A stretch of 64,000 bases of DNA, from the NCBI GenBank assembly GCA_041659705.1, contig JBAZXU010000007.1, forward strand, positions 165,967 through 229,966. Reading direction: 5' to 3'. Position 1 is the stretch's first letter. Each line of letters opens with the position of its first letter. Below are positions 32,075 through 41,450 of this stretch, piece by piece. The notes below the pieces were generated by a model. That model was not told where the DNA came from. It made no database searches and saw only the letters and a list, made by a program, of their open reading frames with translations. A program made the position numbers and the translations under genes. Source of the stretch: Sphingomonas sp. (lineage in GTDB: Bacteria; Pseudomonadota; Alphaproteobacteria; Sphingomonadales; Sphingomonadaceae).

Positions 32075-33012
32075 GCGGCGGCGGCTGCGTTGGCCGCGCC
32101 GGGCCGGTGGCCGAGCAGATGGCAAATCGCATAGCTAAGCTCGGCTCGGTTAAGCGTGTAAAAATGGAAGTGGCGCACGCCGCCTGCGTAAAGTTTTCGG
32201 CACATTTCAGCGGCTATTGTTGCCGCCACCAATTGCCGGGCGGCGGGATGTTCGTCGAGCCCGTCGAACAACCGGTCCATCCATTCAGGAATTTGGGCGC
32301 CGCACATGGCGGCAAATTTGCGGGTTTGTGCAACATTGGACACAGGCAATATGCCGGGAGTAATTTCAGCATGGATGCCCGCCGCCACCGCCCTGTCGCG
32401 AAAGCGGAAATATGCCTCTGGCGAAAAGAAAAACTGGGTGATCGCCCGGTTGGCACCGGCATCCATCTTGCGCTTCAAATTGTCGAGATCGGCCGCCAGA
32501 TCCGCAGAATCAGGGTGCTGCTCAGGATAAGCGGCGACCGAAATCTCAAAAGCGTGGCGCCGCCTCAGCCCTTCCACCAGCTCGGCTGCATTGGCATAGC
32601 CTTGCGGGTGGGGTGCAAACTTGCCATCCGCCGCCGGGGAATCTCCACGCAGCGCAACAATGTGGCGCACGCCTGCATCCCAATAAGCATCGGCCACCGC
32701 GTCAATCTCGTCCCGCGTAGCCTCCACGCATGTCAGATGCGCAGCGGCTGCCAGCGATGTTTCGCGCTCGATGCGCGCAACGGTTGCGTGGGTGCGCTCG
32801 CGCGTGGAGCCGCCCGCGCCATAGGTAACCGAGACAAAGCGCGGCGCCAGCGGCTCCAGTGTTTTCACCGCCTCCCAAAGCGCCTCTTCCATCCTGGCGG
32901 TTTTCGGCGGAAAAAATTCAAACGACACCGCAGCATCGCCTGCCAGATCGGCAAATAGCGGCGCCTCCAGCGCCCGCCGGGCCTCTTCCAGTTGCGAAAT
33001 CGACATTGTCAT
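32071..33012 (-). CDS. metF: 5,10-methylenetetrahydrofolate reductase
   Basis: SFEFFPPKT, SVTYGAGGSTRE and HLTC motifs. The ATG at 33010-33012 overlaps the upstream stop as ATGA. Confidence 0.93.
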   Translation of the reverse strand: MTMSISQLEEARRALEAPLFADLAGDAAVSFEFFPPKTARMEEALWEAVKTLEPLAPRFVSVTYGAGGSTRERTHATVARIERETSLAAAAHLTCVEATRDEIDAVADAYWDAGVRHIVALRGDSPAADGKFAPHPQGYANAAELVEGLRRRHAFEISVAAYPEQHPDSADLAADLDNLKRKMDAGANRAITQFFFSPEAYFRFRDRAVAAGIHAEITPGILPVSNVAQTRKFAAMCGAQIPEWMDRLFDGLDEHPAARQLVAATIAAEMCRKLYAGGVRHFHFYTLNRAELSYAICHLLGHRPGAANAAAAA

Positions 33013-33968
33013 GCTGCCATCACCCGTTGCGCCACGCCGCCAGATTTGCAGCCTAGCCATAATTTTACCGTCAATTCTCCGCCACCCAGCGTCTCGGTGC
33101 GTGCAGCGCCAAGCCCTGCGGCGGAAAACCAGCCCATCATCTGCTCGTCGGAAAAGCCAAGCCGGGTGTGCGCGTCGCGCGTGCGCAGCTCCTCGCGGTC
33201 ATGTGGCGCAAAATCGACCACCAGCAACCGCCCACCAGCGCCAAGCACGCGCGCAGCCTCAGCAATTGCGGCGCCGGGCTGCTGTACAAAATGCAGAACA
33301 TGGTGCATCGTTGCTGCATCAACCGCACCATCTGCCAGTGGCAGCGCGTAAAGATCGGCCTGGCGCAGCTCGGTGTTGGCAAAGCCGCCCTCGGCCAGCT
33401 TTGCGCGGGCAAGGCGCAACATTTCTGAGCTGCGGTCAATCCCCAGCGCATGGCCCGCGCACGGGCTGAGCAATTCAAGCATCCGCCCGGTGCCCGTGCC
33501 GATATCGATCAACCGGCCAATGGGTGCATCGCCCAGCACATCGCAAACCGCAGTTTCCACCTCGGATTCAGCGATATGAAGCGAGCGGATCGCATCCCAC
33601 TGCCCGGCATTGGCCTCAAACCACGCATTGGCCGCCGCCGCCCGGTCTGCCCTGACCGCGGCCAGCCGCGCGGCATCTGCCACGGCCCAATGATCCGCCT
33701 CGCGCGTTTGCCAGGCAGCCAGCGCCGCCATTACCGGGGCCACCAGCGTTGCATCGCCCAGCACGACAAACACCCAGCTTCCCTCTTTACGTCGCTCAAC
33801 CAGCCCGGCGTCGCACAATATTTTCACATGGCGCGAAACCCTTGGCTGGCTTTGCCCCAAAACCTGCGCCAATTCCCCAACCGACAGCTCCATCGATTGC
33901 AGCAGCGCCATGATACGCAGCCGTGTTGCATCCGCCAAAGCGCGAAATATGTCGAGGGCGAGTGTCAT
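33009..33968 (-). CDS. sahR: ArsR-type wHTH fused to a SAM-methyltransferase-like domain (SahR-like regulator of methionine metabolism)
   Basis: The N-terminus FRALADATRLRIMALLQSMELSVGELAQVLGQSQPRVSRHVKIL is an ArsR/SmtB HTH. The C-terminus LIDIGTGTGRMLE is methyltransferase motif I. It is the first gene of the metF-metH operon. The ATG at 33966-33968 is preferred over the tracked 34091 start. Confidence 0.7.
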   Translation of the reverse strand: MTLALDIFRALADATRLRIMALLQSMELSVGELAQVLGQSQPRVSRHVKILCDAGLVERRKEGSWVFVVLGDATLVAPVMAALAAWQTREADHWAVADAARLAAVRADRAAAANAWFEANAGQWDAIRSLHIAESEVETAVCDVLGDAPIGRLIDIGTGTGRMLELLSPCAGHALGIDRSSEMLRLARAKLAEGGFANTELRQADLYALPLADGAVDAATMHHVLHFVQQPGAAIAEAARVLGAGGRLLVVDFAPHDREELRTRDAHTRLGFSDEQMMGWFSAAGLGAARTETLGGGELTVKLWLGCKSGGVAQRVMAA

Positions 33969-33979
33969 TGTGCGACTAG

Positions 33980-33999
33980 ATATAAAGATATCTTTATAT
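33980..33999. promoter_or_regulatory. Perfect 20-bp palindrome, candidate SahR operator
   Basis: ATATAAAGATATCTTTATAT is its own reverse complement. It lies 12 nt upstream of the regulator start codon, in the divergent region shared with the lipoprotein gene at 34116. Confidence 0.55.
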
Positions 34000-34115
34000 G
34001 TCGTCAACGCAGCAATGGCACAAACGCCATTTCGCCGGTTGAACCCCGCCGCCCTCTCGCCTAGCCTGGGCTTGCCATTTTGGCGCGGCACAGCAGGTTG
34101 TTGGGAATTTTATCG

Positions 34116-34355
34116 ATGAAAAAGCGCATTCTTGCTCTGGCTTTTGCTTCTACGGCTGCATTGGCCGCTTGTGGCTCGGCTGCAAAAAATGAAGCCGCAC
34201 AAGCAGGCGAACTTGCTCCAGCCGACGCAAACGCCACTATGGATGAAGCGGTGAACGATGTGGACGCCGCCAGCGAACAGGCATTTAACGCTGCTGAAGC
34301 CTCGATGAACGTCAGCGGCAATGCAACGATCAGCGCCGGCGAAATCGAGGAATGA
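34116..34355 (+). CDS. Small acidic lipoprotein (79 aa)
   Basis: MKKRILALAFASTAALAACGS carries the lipobox LAAC. The mature part is Ala/Glu/Asn-rich. Confidence 0.55.
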   Translation: MKKRILALAFASTAALAACGSAAKNEAAQAGELAPADANATMDEAVNDVDAASEQAFNAAEASMNVSGNATISAGEIEE

Positions 34356-34573
34356 CCATGCGCACTACCGCGCACTTAGCCATAAAGGCCCGACTGATAT
34401 TGGGAGCGGCGCTGCTTTCGGCATGCGCAGATGGCGCCGCGGATGGCAGCGGCGCTTCCGCAAGCGAGGCCCGGCAGTTGAACGCCTCAGCCGCAATGCT
34501 GGAAGAAGACAGCGTTTCGCTAAACGCGCTTGGCGCCAATAATAGCGACGACCCCGGCGCTACTGCACCATAA
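34352..34573 (+). CDS. Small acidic lipoprotein (73 aa)
   Basis: There is an ATGA overlap with the preceding gene. RLILGAALLSACADG carries the lipobox LSAC. Confidence 0.5.
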   Translation: MTMRTTAHLAIKARLILGAALLSACADGAADGSGASASEARQLNASAAMLEEDSVSLNALGANNSDDPGATAP

Positions 34574-34909
34574 AAGCACACCGGCCGCTTGCTCAAGGCG
34601 GCGCTATTTTTCCACAAAACCCCGTGGTGCATTGCTTTGCCGCGGCGCTGCGTGGGCTGATTGGTTGCCAGCCATATTTTCACACTATTAAACAGGGGTT
34701 GCCGCGGCCCGTCGGCGCCACAGCGCCCGACTCAAGCCGGGCCACAATTATTAGGATACCAAGGCTAGGCACCACTAAGCGCGGGTAAAGTTCATATTGA
34801 ACAGAGCCTTGCAAACATCATAATAGAAATTACAAAATGCGCCTCGATACAATTTTGCCTTAGACTTAATTTTGTGCTAACATCATTTGTCAAAATGAGG
34901 GAAAATGTA

Positions 34910-35455
34910 ATGAAATTTTTGAAACTAGGGCTTGCAGGAGCTTTGGCTGTAGCATCCATTGGCCCGGCACACGCCGCAGAAACCATCAACGTTGCCTTTA
35001 CCCAGCCAAATGGCGGCACAACGACCGGCCTCTATTCTGGCATTGTGCACGTCCGCGTGAGCGGTACAGGGTTTTCGCTCGGCTCGGCCCTTAACGACGC
35101 TTTTTACTTGCTGTCCGGCCCAGTGCATGACGCGAGCTATTATCAGCTCACTTTCGGCACTTCGCCGCTTGTCGCGTTCAACCCGTCGCAAAATGCGGTG
35201 AACTTTGTTGTCGGCGGGCTACCCGCCTATCAGGCAAGCCATGTTTATGATTTTTTCCTCAACACCGGCTCGGCCGTGCCAACCGCGCTTAACTTTGGCG
35301 TGGGCGATGGACAGTTTGGCGATAATGGCGGCAGCTTTCTCGTCAGCGTCGGCGTTCCAGAGCCCGCTACCTGGGCGATGCTGATCGTTGGCTTTGGCAT
35401 GGTAGGCGCTGGCATGCGCAGCGCTCGCCGCCGCACCAGCGTTCGCTTTGCCTGA
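34910..35455 (+). CDS. PEP-CTERM (PEPxxWA variant) sorting-domain protein
   Basis: The ATG at 34910 is preceded by GAGGGA. Signal peptide MKFLKLGLAGALAVASIGPAHA. The C-terminal sorting tail is VPEPATWAMLIVGFGMVGAGMRSARRR. Confidence 0.8.
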   Translation: MKFLKLGLAGALAVASIGPAHAAETINVAFTQPNGGTTTGLYSGIVHVRVSGTGFSLGSALNDAFYLLSGPVHDASYYQLTFGTSPLVAFNPSQNAVNFVVGGLPAYQASHVYDFFLNTGSAVPTALNFGVGDGQFGDNGGSFLVSVGVPEPATWAMLIVGFGMVGAGMRSARRRTSVRFA

Positions 35456-35514
35456 GCATACCCACAAGAACCCAGGCCGGGGCCGCGCCGCGTGGCATGG
35501 CTCCGGCTTTTCTT

Positions 35515-36906
35515 TCAGTCCCCAACGAACACAAAGGGGGAAACGCCGCGCTCGCGCTCGTTGAACAGCAGGGCGCGGGCAGCAGGTGGCGCGCTGCGCT
35601 GCGGGCAGTCACTACGCGTACAGGCCCGGCATCCCAGGCCAATGGGTGTTACTTCGCCCCCCGCCAAATCAATGCCGCGCGCAGCAGCGAGCGGCGCGGC
35701 AAGTGCTGCATCCAAACCCAGCCCAACCACAAACTCTGCGCCAACATCACCTGCCCATTGCGCCTGCGGGCGTACGGTGCGCGACAGGGTGAACCAGCGG
35801 CTGCCATCTTCAAGCACGACAAGCTGCCGCGCCAGCTCGCCTGGCCGGTCAAAAGCATGGTGGAGGCGCCACAAAGGGCAGCGGCCATCAACCTCCACCA
35901 GCGGCGCAGCACTGGCGCCGGCATAGCGCTTTGACGCCTGCCCTGCCCGGTCGATCCGCAGCATGAAAAATGGCAACCCCCGCGCGCCGACACGCTGCAG
36001 GGTGGTCAACCGGTGCGCCACCTGCTCAAACCCCGCGCCAAAGCGGCGCTGAAGCAGCGCAATGTCATAGCCAGTGCCCTCGCACGCGCGCAAAAACCGG
36101 GCATAAGGCATCATCAGCGCAGCGGCGAAATAGCTGGCCAAATGGCGCCGGAAGAACCGCTCGGCAGCGCGTTCACCAAAGCCCGCCCCACGCGCCAGCG
36201 CGTCAATCTCTCCACGCGCCTCGATTTGCCCAAGCTCAAGGGCCGCAGCAAAAGTGCGACTCGCCGGATCGAGCAATTCTGACAGTTGCAGCTGCCGCGC
36301 GTGCAGATCAAGCCGCCGCAGCACGCCGGGCATCACGTCCACCGGCAGCACGCGAATGGTGAGCTGATGCTTCACCCGCAGCCGCTCGGCGATTGCGCCA
36401 TAAAGATCTGCCGCGCCCAAACGCAACTCATCGGCCAGCTTTTCGGCCTCAGCATCAAGATCGGCGAAGTGATTGCGCCACCGCTCAATCTCGCGCCGCA
36501 CCGCAGCAACCGGATCGGGCAACGCCGCCGGGTCCGCCGCTACGCCGCTGCCAAACCGGTCATAACTACGGGCAAAAGCTTCTGCGCCACCCGGCGCGCT
36601 TTCCAGCCACGCAGCCACCTCCTCCCGGTCCACGGCCAAATCGGCAAACAACGGGTCGGCCAGCCGCCGCCGGATCGCCGCCTCTCCCCCGCCCGGCTCT
36701 GCTGCGGCCAGCGCACGCGGGTCAAAGTCAAACTGCTCGGCCAGCCGGACAAGCAGCGTTACCGACAAGGGGCGCTGGTTGCGTTCGATAAGGTTGAGAT
36801 AGCTTGGCGAGATGGCCAGCGCCTCGGCCATCGCCGCCTGAGTAAGCCCGTTTTGGCGCCGCAGCCTTCGCACCGCGTGCCCGGCCAACAATTTTCGATC
36901 TGCCAT
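35515..36906 (-). CDS. XRE-family HTH regulator with an ImmA/IrrE-like metallopeptidase-type domain (ScfR/RamB-like), divergent from aceA
   Basis: The N-terminal HTH is LRRQNGLTQAAMAEALAISPSYLNLIERNQRP. There is a long C-terminal domain with a Cys cluster, GCRACTRSDCPQR. Its position upstream of isocitrate lyase is typical for this regulator type. Confidence 0.8.
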   Translation of the reverse strand: MADRKLLAGHAVRRLRRQNGLTQAAMAEALAISPSYLNLIERNQRPLSVTLLVRLAEQFDFDPRALAAAEPGGGEAAIRRRLADPLFADLAVDREEVAAWLESAPGGAEAFARSYDRFGSGVAADPAALPDPVAAVRREIERWRNHFADLDAEAEKLADELRLGAADLYGAIAERLRVKHQLTIRVLPVDVMPGVLRRLDLHARQLQLSELLDPASRTFAAALELGQIEARGEIDALARGAGFGERAAERFFRRHLASYFAAALMMPYARFLRACEGTGYDIALLQRRFGAGFEQVAHRLTTLQRVGARGLPFFMLRIDRAGQASKRYAGASAAPLVEVDGRCPLWRLHHAFDRPGELARQLVVLEDGSRWFTLSRTVRPQAQWAGDVGAEFVVGLGLDAALAAPLAAARGIDLAGGEVTPIGLGCRACTRSDCPQRSAPPAARALLFNERERGVSPFVFVGD

Positions 36907-36984
36907 GCCCGGCTCCCTTCTGGTTCAGGCCCAGCCGGGCCACCCGGCGATAATGGCGCGAGCATAGGCTGCTTGTCAATAATT

Positions 36985-36994
36985 TACAATTGTA
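36985..36994. promoter_or_regulatory. 10-bp palindrome in the regulator/aceA divergent region (candidate operator)
   Basis: TACAATTGTA is a perfect palindrome within an AT-rich stretch of the 223-nt intergenic region. Confidence 0.25.
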
Positions 36995-37129
36995 CAGATT
37001 AATTGCCGCGAAAGCCGACAAAATAACGTGCCGCGCTGCATAATAATCTCGCGCGTGCCGTGTAATTTCAACATATCGGCTGCCAACGCGCCTCTTTTTC
37101 ATTGAGTCGTTTTTGTAAAGGAACAGACA

Positions 37130-38407
37130 ATGACATTTGACGATCTTGTCCCAGCGCCTGCCGGCCGGTTTGACGGTATCACCCGCCCCTACAGCCCGGC
37201 CGATGTCGCCCAGCTGCGCGGTTCTGTCGCCATTGAGCACACGCTTGCACGCAAAGGCGCCGACAAGCTGTGGGAACTGCTGCACAGCGAAGATTATATC
37301 AACGCACTTGGCGCGCTGTCGGGCAATCAGGCGATGCAGATGGTGCGCGCTGGGCTTCAGGCAATTTACCTGTCGGGCTGGCAGGTCGCGGCAGACAATA
37401 ACACCGCTGGCGCCATGTACCCTGACCAGTCGCTCTACCCAGCCAATGCCGGGCCTGAGCTTGCGCGCAAGATCAACAACACGCTGCAACGCGCCGACCA
37501 GATCGAGCATAGCGAAGGCGGTGCCACGCGCGACTGGTTCGCGCCGATAGTGGCCGACGCCGAAGCCGGCTTTGGCGGCCCGCTCAACTGCTTTGAGATT
37601 ATGAAAGCCTATATCGCAGCGGGCGCGGCTGGCGTGCACTACGAAGACCAGCTCGCCAGCGAAAAAAAGTGCGGCCACTTGGGCGGCAAGGTGCTCATCC
37701 CCACCCAGGCGCATATCCGCAACCTCGACAGCGCGCGGCTTGCAGCGGACGTGTGCGGCGTGCCAACCATCATTTGCGCACGCACCGACGCTGAAAGCGC
37801 CAAGCTCATCACCAGCGACATTGACGAGCGTGACCATGAATTCCTCACTGGCGAGCGCACGGCGGAGGGCTTTTTTCGCCTGAAGGAAGGCACCGGCGTT
37901 GACCATTGCATCAAGCGCGGCCTTGCCTTTGCTGAACATGCCGATCTGCTCTGGTGGGAAACCAGCTACCCCAACCTCGACGATGCGCGCCGCTTTGCAG
38001 AGGCCATCAAGAAGGAATATCCCAACAAGATGCTGGCCTATAACTGCTCGCCCAGCTTCAACTGGGAGGCCAAGCTCGACAAGGCGACCATCGCCAATTT
38101 CCAGCGTGAAATTGGGGCGATGGGCTATAAGTTCCAGTTTGTAACGCTGGCTGGTTTTCACCAGCTCAATTACGGCATGTTCGAGCTGGCGCGCGGCTAT
38201 AAGGACCGGGGCATGGCCGCCTATTCCGAATTGCAACAGGCCGAATTCGCCGCCGAGGTGAACGGCTACACCGCAACGCGCCACCAGCGCGAAGTGGGCA
38301 CGGGCTATTTCGATCTGGTTGCGCAAGCCGTGGCTGGTGGTGAAAGCAGCACGACCGCACTCGCTGAATCGACCGAAACCGCGCAGTTCGCAACCGAAGT
38401 GGCCTGA
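37130..38407 (+). CDS. aceA: Isocitrate lyase
   Basis: The active-site signature KKCGHLGGK is present, with GVHYEDQ and 425 aa of ICL-like sequence. Confidence 0.96.
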   Translation: MTFDDLVPAPAGRFDGITRPYSPADVAQLRGSVAIEHTLARKGADKLWELLHSEDYINALGALSGNQAMQMVRAGLQAIYLSGWQVAADNNTAGAMYPDQSLYPANAGPELARKINNTLQRADQIEHSEGGATRDWFAPIVADAEAGFGGPLNCFEIMKAYIAAGAAGVHYEDQLASEKKCGHLGGKVLIPTQAHIRNLDSARLAADVCGVPTIICARTDAESAKLITSDIDERDHEFLTGERTAEGFFRLKEGTGVDHCIKRGLAFAEHADLLWWETSYPNLDDARRFAEAIKKEYPNKMLAYNCSPSFNWEAKLDKATIANFQREIGAMGYKFQFVTLAGFHQLNYGMFELARGYKDRGMAAYSELQQAEFAAEVNGYTATRHQREVGTGYFDLVAQAVAGGESSTTALAESTETAQFATEVA

Positions 38408-38483
38408 CCACCGCTCGACCCGGCCCGGCTGCGCGCCGGTTAGCCGGGGCCAACTGCCAGAATTTCCTGGGGAGGAAAGGGTG

Positions 38484-38517
38484 CCCGCCGGTCCGATGAT
38501 CGGCGGGTATTTCCTTT
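38484..38517 (+). terminator. Probable aceA terminator
   Basis: CCCGCCGGTC and GATCGGCGGG form a 10-bp stem with one mismatch, followed by the T-rich tail TATTTCCTTTC. Confidence 0.5.
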
Positions 38518-38535
38518 CAATGGACGCGGCACAAT

Positions 38536-39213
38536 TTATTTGGCGGGCGCAGGTGTCAGCTCGATGATGTTGAGGCGGGACTCAAACGCAGGCGCAGGCT
38601 CCACTAGGCGCCAGCGCGCCTCGCCAATCCGCTCAATATAGCCAACAATGTTACGGGCGGCATCGCGGCCGTAGCGCATTTGCTTTGTCTCATCGCCAAT
38701 CACCAGCGTTCCCAAAAAAACCGCGCGCGTGTCACTCTGGCGAAACAACGCCCCAACCGGCCGCTGGCTGCCACCCTTCATGCTAAAGCCCGCGACCCGG
38801 CCTTCATCGGTAATTTCACAATCGCTGGCTTCATAGGCTGTATAATTGGCCATTGCGGTGCCGTTGGCGCCCAGCTTGTACACATGGCAGCGATAATGCC
38901 CCGCAGGCGGCACCGGCCCGCCAAGCGCCCTGTCAGGATCAAACAGCGCGCCTTGCGCTGCAATTGCCGCCTGTGCCCCAGAATTGCGCGCGCGCTTTAG
39001 CGCGTCGATCCACGTCGCTCGCCAATTGCGTAACCGGCCCCTGTCCTCCAGCGTGGCGACCTTGCGCCAATCTGCCGGCACCTTGCCGATGGCCGCCATC
39101 GGGCCAGGCTCTGCCCCGCTCCCCGCTGCTGTGCGTTGCCCATTGCCAGCACAGGCAGCGCTGCCCATGCCGGCCAAGACAACACATAATGTCATGCAGT
39201 TACGAAGCTTCAT
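38536..39213 (-). CDS. Lipoprotein of unknown function
   Basis: The ATG at 39211-39213 gives MKLRNCMTLCVVLAGMGSAACAGNG, with lipobox SAAC. The 112-codon upstream extension of the tracked ORF is Arg/Gly-rich and overlaps the bdhA 3' end. Confidence 0.6.
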   Translation of the reverse strand: MKLRNCMTLCVVLAGMGSAACAGNGQRTAAGSGAEPGPMAAIGKVPADWRKVATLEDRGRLRNWRATWIDALKRARNSGAQAAIAAQGALFDPDRALGGPVPPAGHYRCHVYKLGANGTAMANYTAYEASDCEITDEGRVAGFSMKGGSQRPVGALFRQSDTRAVFLGTLVIGDETKQMRYGRDAARNIVGYIERIGEARWRLVEPAPAFESRLNIIELTPAPAK

Positions 39214-39290
39214 GGCAGATGGGCGGCCTTTTGCTATTTGCCGACCAGTGTAACCACGCTTCCCGCCGCTTGCCAAGCCGGGCGCGCCGC

Positions 39291-40076
39291 TCAGGCCGCC
39301 GTCCAGCCGCCATCGACCGGAATATTGGCCCCGGTGATCGATTTCGCCTCGTCGCGGCACAAGAATACAGCAAGCGCCGCTACCTGTTCTGGCGTGACAA
39401 ATTCCTTGGTTGGCTGTGCGTGCAGCAATACATCGTTCATCACCTGCTCCCGCGTCAGCCCGCGCGCCTTCATCGTATCGGGGATTTGCGCCTCGACGAG
39501 CGGGGTCCACACATAGCCGGGGCTGATGGCGTTTACCGTGATGCCGCACGTCGCCACTTCCAGCGCAACCGTCTTGGTCAACCCGGCAATGCCGTGCTTG
39601 GCCATGACATAGGCAGATTTATCGGGGCTTGCGACCAGCGAATGGGCGGATGCGGTCGACAGGATGCGGCCCCATTTCTTTTCCTTCATGTGCGGCACGG
39701 CTGCGCGGATCAGATACCAGGCGGAGGTAAGGTTGATCTTGATGATCGCCTCGAACTTGTCCGCCGGAAAACTCTCAATCGGCGAAACATGCTGAATGCC
39801 CGCATTGTTGACGATAATGTCTGGCCCACCAAGCTCTGCATGGCAGCGCGCAACCATTGCGGCGATCGCGTCGGGGTTTGCCATGTCGGCTGCGTCATAC
39901 AGCGCTTTGGCGCCGCTCGTTGCGGCAAGCGCGGCGCGCTCTGTTTCAATGGTTCCGGCGTCGCCAAAGCCGTTGATCATCACGCTCGCGCCCTCGGCCG
40001 CAAACGCCTTGGCATAGGCAAGGCCAATGCCAGAGGTCGAGCCGGTGATAATTGCGCTTTTGCCTTTAAGAAACAT
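39291..40076 (-). CDS. bdhA: 3-hydroxybutyrate dehydrogenase (SDR family)
   Basis: KSAIITGSTSGIGLAYAKAFAAEGASV carries the TGxxxGIG motif. The catalytic YVMAKHG (YxxxK) is present, and the length is 261 aa. Confidence 0.88.
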   Translation of the reverse strand: MFLKGKSAIITGSTSGIGLAYAKAFAAEGASVMINGFGDAGTIETERAALAATSGAKALYDAADMANPDAIAAMVARCHAELGGPDIIVNNAGIQHVSPIESFPADKFEAIIKINLTSAWYLIRAAVPHMKEKKWGRILSTASAHSLVASPDKSAYVMAKHGIAGLTKTVALEVATCGITVNAISPGYVWTPLVEAQIPDTMKARGLTREQVMNDVLLHAQPTKEFVTPEQVAALAVFLCRDEAKSITGANIPVDGGWTAA

Positions 40077-40111
40077 CGATATTTCTCCTGCCGGGGTTTT
40101 GAGCCGCGCTG

Positions 40112-41284
40112 CTATCTGAGACGGTGCGGCGCTCGTTTGGGGGAAAGGTCAAACGCGGCAGTTCGCCCGGTTTCGATATTTTCGGCTACAAGCTGCGAAT
40201 TGGCCATGGCCTGAACAATGGCGTCTAGGCCGGCAGACCAATGCTCGTTCATCGTGCGCGCTGAAAATTCAAAATCGCGCGATCCGCCCTCCCACGCATT
40301 GGCACGGTAGATAAGCTGTACAAGGCTTACAGGCTGCTCGGCCGCAGTGCGGATCAATGCCTTCACATCAGGATCATCGAGCATGTCGGCGGGAAGTTTG
40401 CCGATGACCCGCCGGATCAACTCGCGCTCGCGGCGCAGTTTCATCACCTGATCGGACACTTGCCGTGTGCGGCTGGAAAAGCGGATCTCCTTTTCGCGCG
40501 CGGTAACATCCATAATGGTACGCGGCAAATCGCTTGCGGCGGGGAACAAGTCCACCTGAAACACGAGCATCGCCGTCGTTTGATGGTCTAGCACATGGGT
40601 GAGCGGGGTGTTGGAAACCAGCCCTCCGTCCCAATAGAGCCGCCCGTCTATCTCCACCGGCGGCAGGCCCGGCGGCAACGCGCCAGACGCCATGATGTGC
40701 CGCGCGTCAAGCCTTTCGGTATCGCTGTCAAAATAACGGAAATTACCGCTTTCCACATCGACCGCGCCAATCGACAGCCGCACTGGCCCGTGGTTCACCC
40801 GATCCCAGTCGATAAGCGAATCCAGCGTCTCCTTCAGTGGTGCGCTGTCATAATAGCTCAGCGCCTCCGCCGAGCCGGGCACTGCCATGAGCGGCGGCAC
40901 AAAGCGCGGCGTGAAAAAGCCCGGCACACCGTTCGCCAACACTGCACCGGCTGACCATTCATGCAAAAATTCGCGAACGCGATCATCAGGAAAAATCGGA
41001 AAGCTGGGCAGGCTGCTCGTCACCTTATCCCAAAATCCGCGAAGCCTTTCCACCCGCCGAGCCGGCTCGTTACCTGCAACAATGGCAGCATTAACAGCGC
41101 CGATTGAGATGCCGGCCACCCAGTTGACCTCAATTTCCTGCGTCATCAACCCTTCGATCACGCCGGCCTGATAACTGCCAAGCGCGCCTCCACCCTGCAG
41201 CACCAGCGCCACCCCTTTGGGCAGTGGCATCATCTTGCCGTGGCGGCTGGCGCGCGACTCAGCGAAAGGGTGCGAAACGGCCAT
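40112..41284 (-). CDS. Patatin-like phospholipase family protein
   Basis: The oxyanion motif is GGGALGSYQAG, the nucleophile is GISIGA (GxSxG), and the catalytic Asp region is YWDGG. Confidence 0.85.
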   Translation of the reverse strand: MAVSHPFAESRASRHGKMMPLPKGVALVLQGGGALGSYQAGVIEGLMTQEIEVNWVAGISIGAVNAAIVAGNEPARRVERLRGFWDKVTSSLPSFPIFPDDRVREFLHEWSAGAVLANGVPGFFTPRFVPPLMAVPGSAEALSYYDSAPLKETLDSLIDWDRVNHGPVRLSIGAVDVESGNFRYFDSDTERLDARHIMASGALPPGLPPVEIDGRLYWDGGLVSNTPLTHVLDHQTTAMLVFQVDLFPAASDLPRTIMDVTAREKEIRFSSRTRQVSDQVMKLRRERELIRRVIGKLPADMLDDPDVKALIRTAAEQPVSLVQLIYRANAWEGGSRDFEFSARTMNEHWSAGLDAIVQAMANSQLVAENIETGRTAAFDLSPKRAPHRLR

Positions 41285-41450
41285 AAGGCTGGCAATGAGC
41301 GTTTAGCACGCCTGGTTCAACCCGTGTTTTGATAATGGAGCAAAATCAATCTCTTGCTCCATGCTTGCCCGCCTGCGCGACAAGCCGTCTTGCCAGCGCC
41401 ACCATGGTTGCGCATGCAGGCACCAGGGCAACCAAAAAAAGGCAATTGCC

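Noticed and set aside
36728-38326. 532-aa minus-strand ORF antisense to isocitrate lyase
   Set aside because: aceA on the plus strand carries the KKCGHLGGK signature. The antisense translation is low-complexity with no domain.
38853-40214. 453-aa plus-strand ORF spanning the lipoprotein and bdhA region
   Set aside because: It runs antisense to two well-supported genes and has no motifs. Other shadow ORFs were rejected on the same logic: 23552-24841, 21587-22717, 4245-5318, 5403-6236 and 10259-11245.
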